From contig NC_087261.1 in NCBI RefSeq assembly GCF_037042905.1, positions 13,702,001-13,766,000 on the forward strand: a stretch of DNA of 64,000 nucleotides, written 5' to 3'. Of the stretch, positions 60,532-64,000 are shown in pieces (the first letter of the stretch is position 1; each line of letters opens with the position of its first letter). Below the pieces are notes generated by a model, which saw only the letters and a list, made by a program, of their open reading frames with translations, ran no database searches and was not told the DNA's origin. The DNA is from Lytechinus pictus (lineage: Eukaryota). The position numbers were made by a program, and so were the translations under genes.

Positions 60532-60611
60532 TATGTATGAAAATCCATTTCATGCTATTGTTCCGAACCCTGAGATTAACTTTAGCTTTCTTGTAATATG
60601 TACATGTACAG

Positions 60612-60736
60612 GATGTAGGAGACAAGGGTCAGCGGACATCCATTGTCTTTGATGTGTCAAAGAGGGAGCTATTTTCAACGCAAAATGGATTCAAACAACT
60701 CAACAAGAAACTCAGATCAAACTGGAAAATTGTCAG
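60612..60736 (+). CDS. IFT52: IFT52 exon 2
   Basis: cag|DVGDKGQRTSIVFDVSKRELFSTQNGFKQLNKKLRSNWKIV(S)|gt; KKLRSNWKI is characteristic of IFT52. Confidence 0.93.
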
Positions 60737-61248
60737 GTAGATTAATACATGTACTTTTCTCTCCCTGGTACTTAGATTTTTTTTTAATAAAATCATTTCA
60801 TAAATAAATCTATTACCAAAATGTTTGGGGTACTCAATCAAGCTCTACATGCAGTAATAATACATAAATGTAGTCTCTCTTTGGACTGATACCTTGTTGA
60901 AATTATTTTTTATGTAATTGTGGAAACTAGCTGAAAAGACTTAGGTTTGGACGAAAAGTCCAAGCAAGAGGCCTATCATCTTCATGACTCACTGCAACTC
61001 GAGAAGGAACATAACACTTTCAAATGTAGAAATCTGGATTTATGTTAAAAGTGAAAATTTCCATTCCTATTGTTGTTCAGTGGAAAGAATCTAAATGTTG
61101 AGCATTCCTACTTCTTGGCTTTATTTATGATTGTTTTTCCCTACACTTCTTTTTAATTCTAATACAACCTCTTTGTTTCCTAGTATTGAATAGGATAGGT
61201 GTATGTACATTTATATCAATGTATTTTTACCTTCTCTCTTTCTTTCAG

Positions 61249-61336
61249 CAATAAAGATGAGATCACAGAAGAAAAATTATCAAGTGCCAAGGTGTTTGTG
61301 ATTGCTGGACCGAGGGACAAATTCACTGCCCCTGAG
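61249..61336 (+). CDS. IFT52: IFT52 exon 3
   Basis: tttcag|C NKDEITEEKLSSAKVFVIAGPRDKFTAPE|gtaggg. Confidence 0.95.
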
Positions 61337-61500
61337 GTAGGGCCAGGGCATGTTCCACAAAGCAGTTATTCAGTTACTTATTGTCGTTGCCACCTGTTCT
61401 AAGCTGCTGAAATCCTTGTGTCTGATTGGCTGAGAGAAATTTGTCAGCATAAATTATTGACAAATGCTTCAGGAAAGATTCATATGCAACAATGTCTTTA

Positions 61501-62227
61501 TTAATAGTGGTGGGCTACATGTATTAACAGGGTGAAAAAAATGTCAATGTTTCAAAACACAGAGAGGACCAGTTCTAAAGATGCAGTATGTGCTCCTGAT
61601 CATTTTGACACCTTTTTCAGAAAAATTGGTCAAAAATTGAGGGGGTGCCGCCCCCCAAAAATGATTTGGGGCAAAAAGGTCGTTGACCACCACCCATTTT
61701 TGTCAAAATTGTATATCTGGGCTTCTGCATGAACTATTTGAATGATTTTTGTGTCAATTTCTATGTTATTTTGGAGAAGGAATTCATTTTTATCAACAAA
61801 AAGATGTATATGAATGCTGTCTTTGTACTTTAATTTAACCCTTAGTTAATTTGGGAGAGGGTCAATTTGTTCCCCCCCCCCTTGACGAATTTTGTCACTA
61901 TGTGACCGCAATAATTTGTTTTACCTCGCTGTTCGGTGACTATTTACTTTCAAGCCTTGCGGATCTTCTGAGACCAAATTTGCGATGCCTCGGTACTACA
62001 TGTACTTGTGCAGAAGCCGAGGTATACAAATTCGACAAAAATGGGTTGGGGTCAATCGGACCTTTTTTGCCCGGAATCATTTTTGGGCAGCACCCCCTCA
62101 ATGTTTGACCGATTTTTCCAAAAAAGGTGTCAAAATGCTCAGGAGCACAAGCTGCATCTAATTCTATGGAGTTGGTCCTCTCTGTGATCTGAAACATCAG
62201 CATTCTATAAAAGCCCACCACTATTAT
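61501..62227. mobile_element. Fold-back element with about 230-bp inverted arms in IFT52 intron 3
   Basis: 61501-61730 is the imperfect reverse complement of 62010-62227 (TAATAGTGGTGGGCT ends); piggyBac-like fragment 61838-61995 in the loop. Confidence 0.75.
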
Positions 62228-63043
62228 TAAAAACAAAAACCTTTACTCGCATGTAATTTATTTGTTGTTGTATAATTATTTATACATATATTAGATCCTT
62301 TTGACCTCATTTTATGAAACTTCTGATTTATAACAAGAAATTTATATGCAAACTGAGTTTGATTTAAGAAGAATGGAGAACAAAGAATGTGTTAATTAGA
62401 AAACAGATAAAAAATGGGAGACTCTTTGTGAGTCTGTACTCTGTTTTAAGCCTGGGGAAAAATACAGAATTTACTTTTCAGGTGGTTTTGAAAAGATTGA
62501 ACATTTGAACTTGTGATATTCTGTGTTATATACTGCTATTTTTTGTGGCAAATGGAATTGTGATTCCCTGTGCAGTAATTTATGGCGCAGTCACATTTCC
62601 CCTACAGTGGTTGTACAGCTAGTCGAAAACAGCCGTTTTAACATTTTTGTATACCAGTTCAAATATTTAGGGGTTTTTATAAAGATAAACAATAATAAAA
62701 ACGGCTGTGTTCGACTTGCTATGTGGGCACAGCAGGGGAATTGTGACTGCAGCATATAAGGTAACATTGGCATGACAGATATCCCAAGAAATTATAAGGA
62801 CATCACAGTCCAAAAGAAGAAGAATTTTTCTGTACGTGTATGACTCCTTTGTCAGTTATCAGGTATATTACACTTTTTTGTATTCCATATCAATTTTGCT
62901 CTACTTCAAACTCACGACTGTTTCAAAGGCGAGAGTCAGAACTCAGAACCTCCAAACCGCATTGCTCCATGTACAAATGCCATTGAGGTACAGTCATTTG
63001 ATCAATGTAATTGTATGTTCTTACCTTTTTTTTTGTACAATAG

Positions 63044-63173
63044 TTTGAAGCAATCAAGAAATACATGGAGAACGGAGGGAGTGTCTTGGTCATGGTCGGA
63101 GAAGGGGGAGAGACAAAGTTTGACACAAACATCAATTTTCTCCTGGAGGAATTCGGTGTTATGGTCAACAACG
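63044..63173 (+). CDS. IFT52: IFT52 exon 4
   Basis: tag|FEAIKKYMENGGSVLVMVGEGGETKFDTNINFLLEEFGVMVNN G|gtaag. Confidence 0.96.
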
Positions 63174-63790
63174 GTAAGCTCTGCTTTGATCTGTTTATCC
63201 TTGTGCTGATGTCTTAAGTTTGAAGTAGAACAGAGGACTGAAAGTATATGAATTTTACCAACCCTCATTTGTACATGTAAGCCAGTGACTGTCTGTAATA
63301 CAGGAATTTGGGGTTGTGTATAAGTGTTTTGTTATTACACACACGGTTGTATGGTGATGCCTCTCTAGTAAAAGGTGTGGGTCATTATTTTATTAAAAAT
63401 GCATGTTATTTTTTAGAACAATGTGAATAATCATTTCATTAAAAATGCATGCTTGTTATTCTTTAGAACAATGTGAAAGGTTTCATTTTCGTCTGGTCTC
63501 TATAGGAAGGGGGGGGGGGGTGGTGTTGAAAGTGGCACAACAGTTCCTGGGTGTAGAAACTTGATATGGACATCAACTTATCAATCTTAGTGGATCTGCA
63601 TGAACGCTTACGTTAATAAGAATCAATATGAGTGGCTTTAAACCAAAGCTGACTTTGTATGGTTTTAACACTTAAATCCTTTTATCTGTAAAAGTTTGGT
63701 GGTTGCATCACTCCGATTGCAATTACTGTGAGTTAAAATTGGGCTAAGGGTCTTATGTCGCTAACCAAATAGTTTTTCATTTCATCGCAG

Positions 63791-63866
63791 ATTGTGTTGT
63801 AAGAACGTCCTACTTCAAATACTTTCATCCAAAGGAAGCATTAGTATCGAATGGAATTTTAAACAG
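63791..63866 (+). CDS. IFT52: IFT52 exon 5 (gene continues beyond the window)
   Basis: cgcag|(D)CVVRTSYFKYFHPKEALVSNGILN(R)|gtaatt. Confidence 0.96.
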
Positions 63867-64000
63867 GTAATTATTCATCTTAGATGTAAGACTGATAGTT
63901 GTAGCATAAATTATCTATCCTAGATTTACGAGTGATGTTCGTTGTCATGTGGATCAAATTGTATTAGAAAATTTGAATGTATGAATTAACTGGAACTCTG

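Overview
AT-rich, intron-containing animal DNA, probably a sea urchin (inferred from the repeat families and the intronless GPCR array; not provable from the window alone). Genes, left to right: (1) the last coding stretch of an MGAT4C-like GlcNAc-transferase (3-371, +; missing from the ORF track); (2) a five-coding-exon, minus-strand gene I assembled by hand (13364->6539, 470 aa) for a secreted protein with signal peptide, a five-Cys head partly encoded by an 18-nt micro-exon, and 42 TTTAPPPD repeats; (3) a tandem array of four intronless rhodopsin-class GPCRs (one A type, three B type) plus two truncated A-type pseudogene tails, built by an old A-B duplication and a younger ~10.7-kb duplication whose crossover maps to the 3' end of the third receptor; (4) the first five coding exons of IFT52 (56364 onward, +). 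The non-coding DNA is dense with non-autonomous DNA transposons (Kolobok-, piggyBac-, hAT-, Harbinger-, CACTA-, Sola-like), several verifiable against empty paralogous sites in the window, plus a tRNA-derived SINE and decayed LINEs. Best leads: the orphan Cys-head/PTD-repeat protein, an acidic residue at 3.32 (the amine-binding position) in the B-type receptors, and a periodic array of strand-specific GCGAAGC/tandem-GA DNA hairpins inside a hAT element. Three short N gaps. All coordinates were read by eye and no database searches were run.
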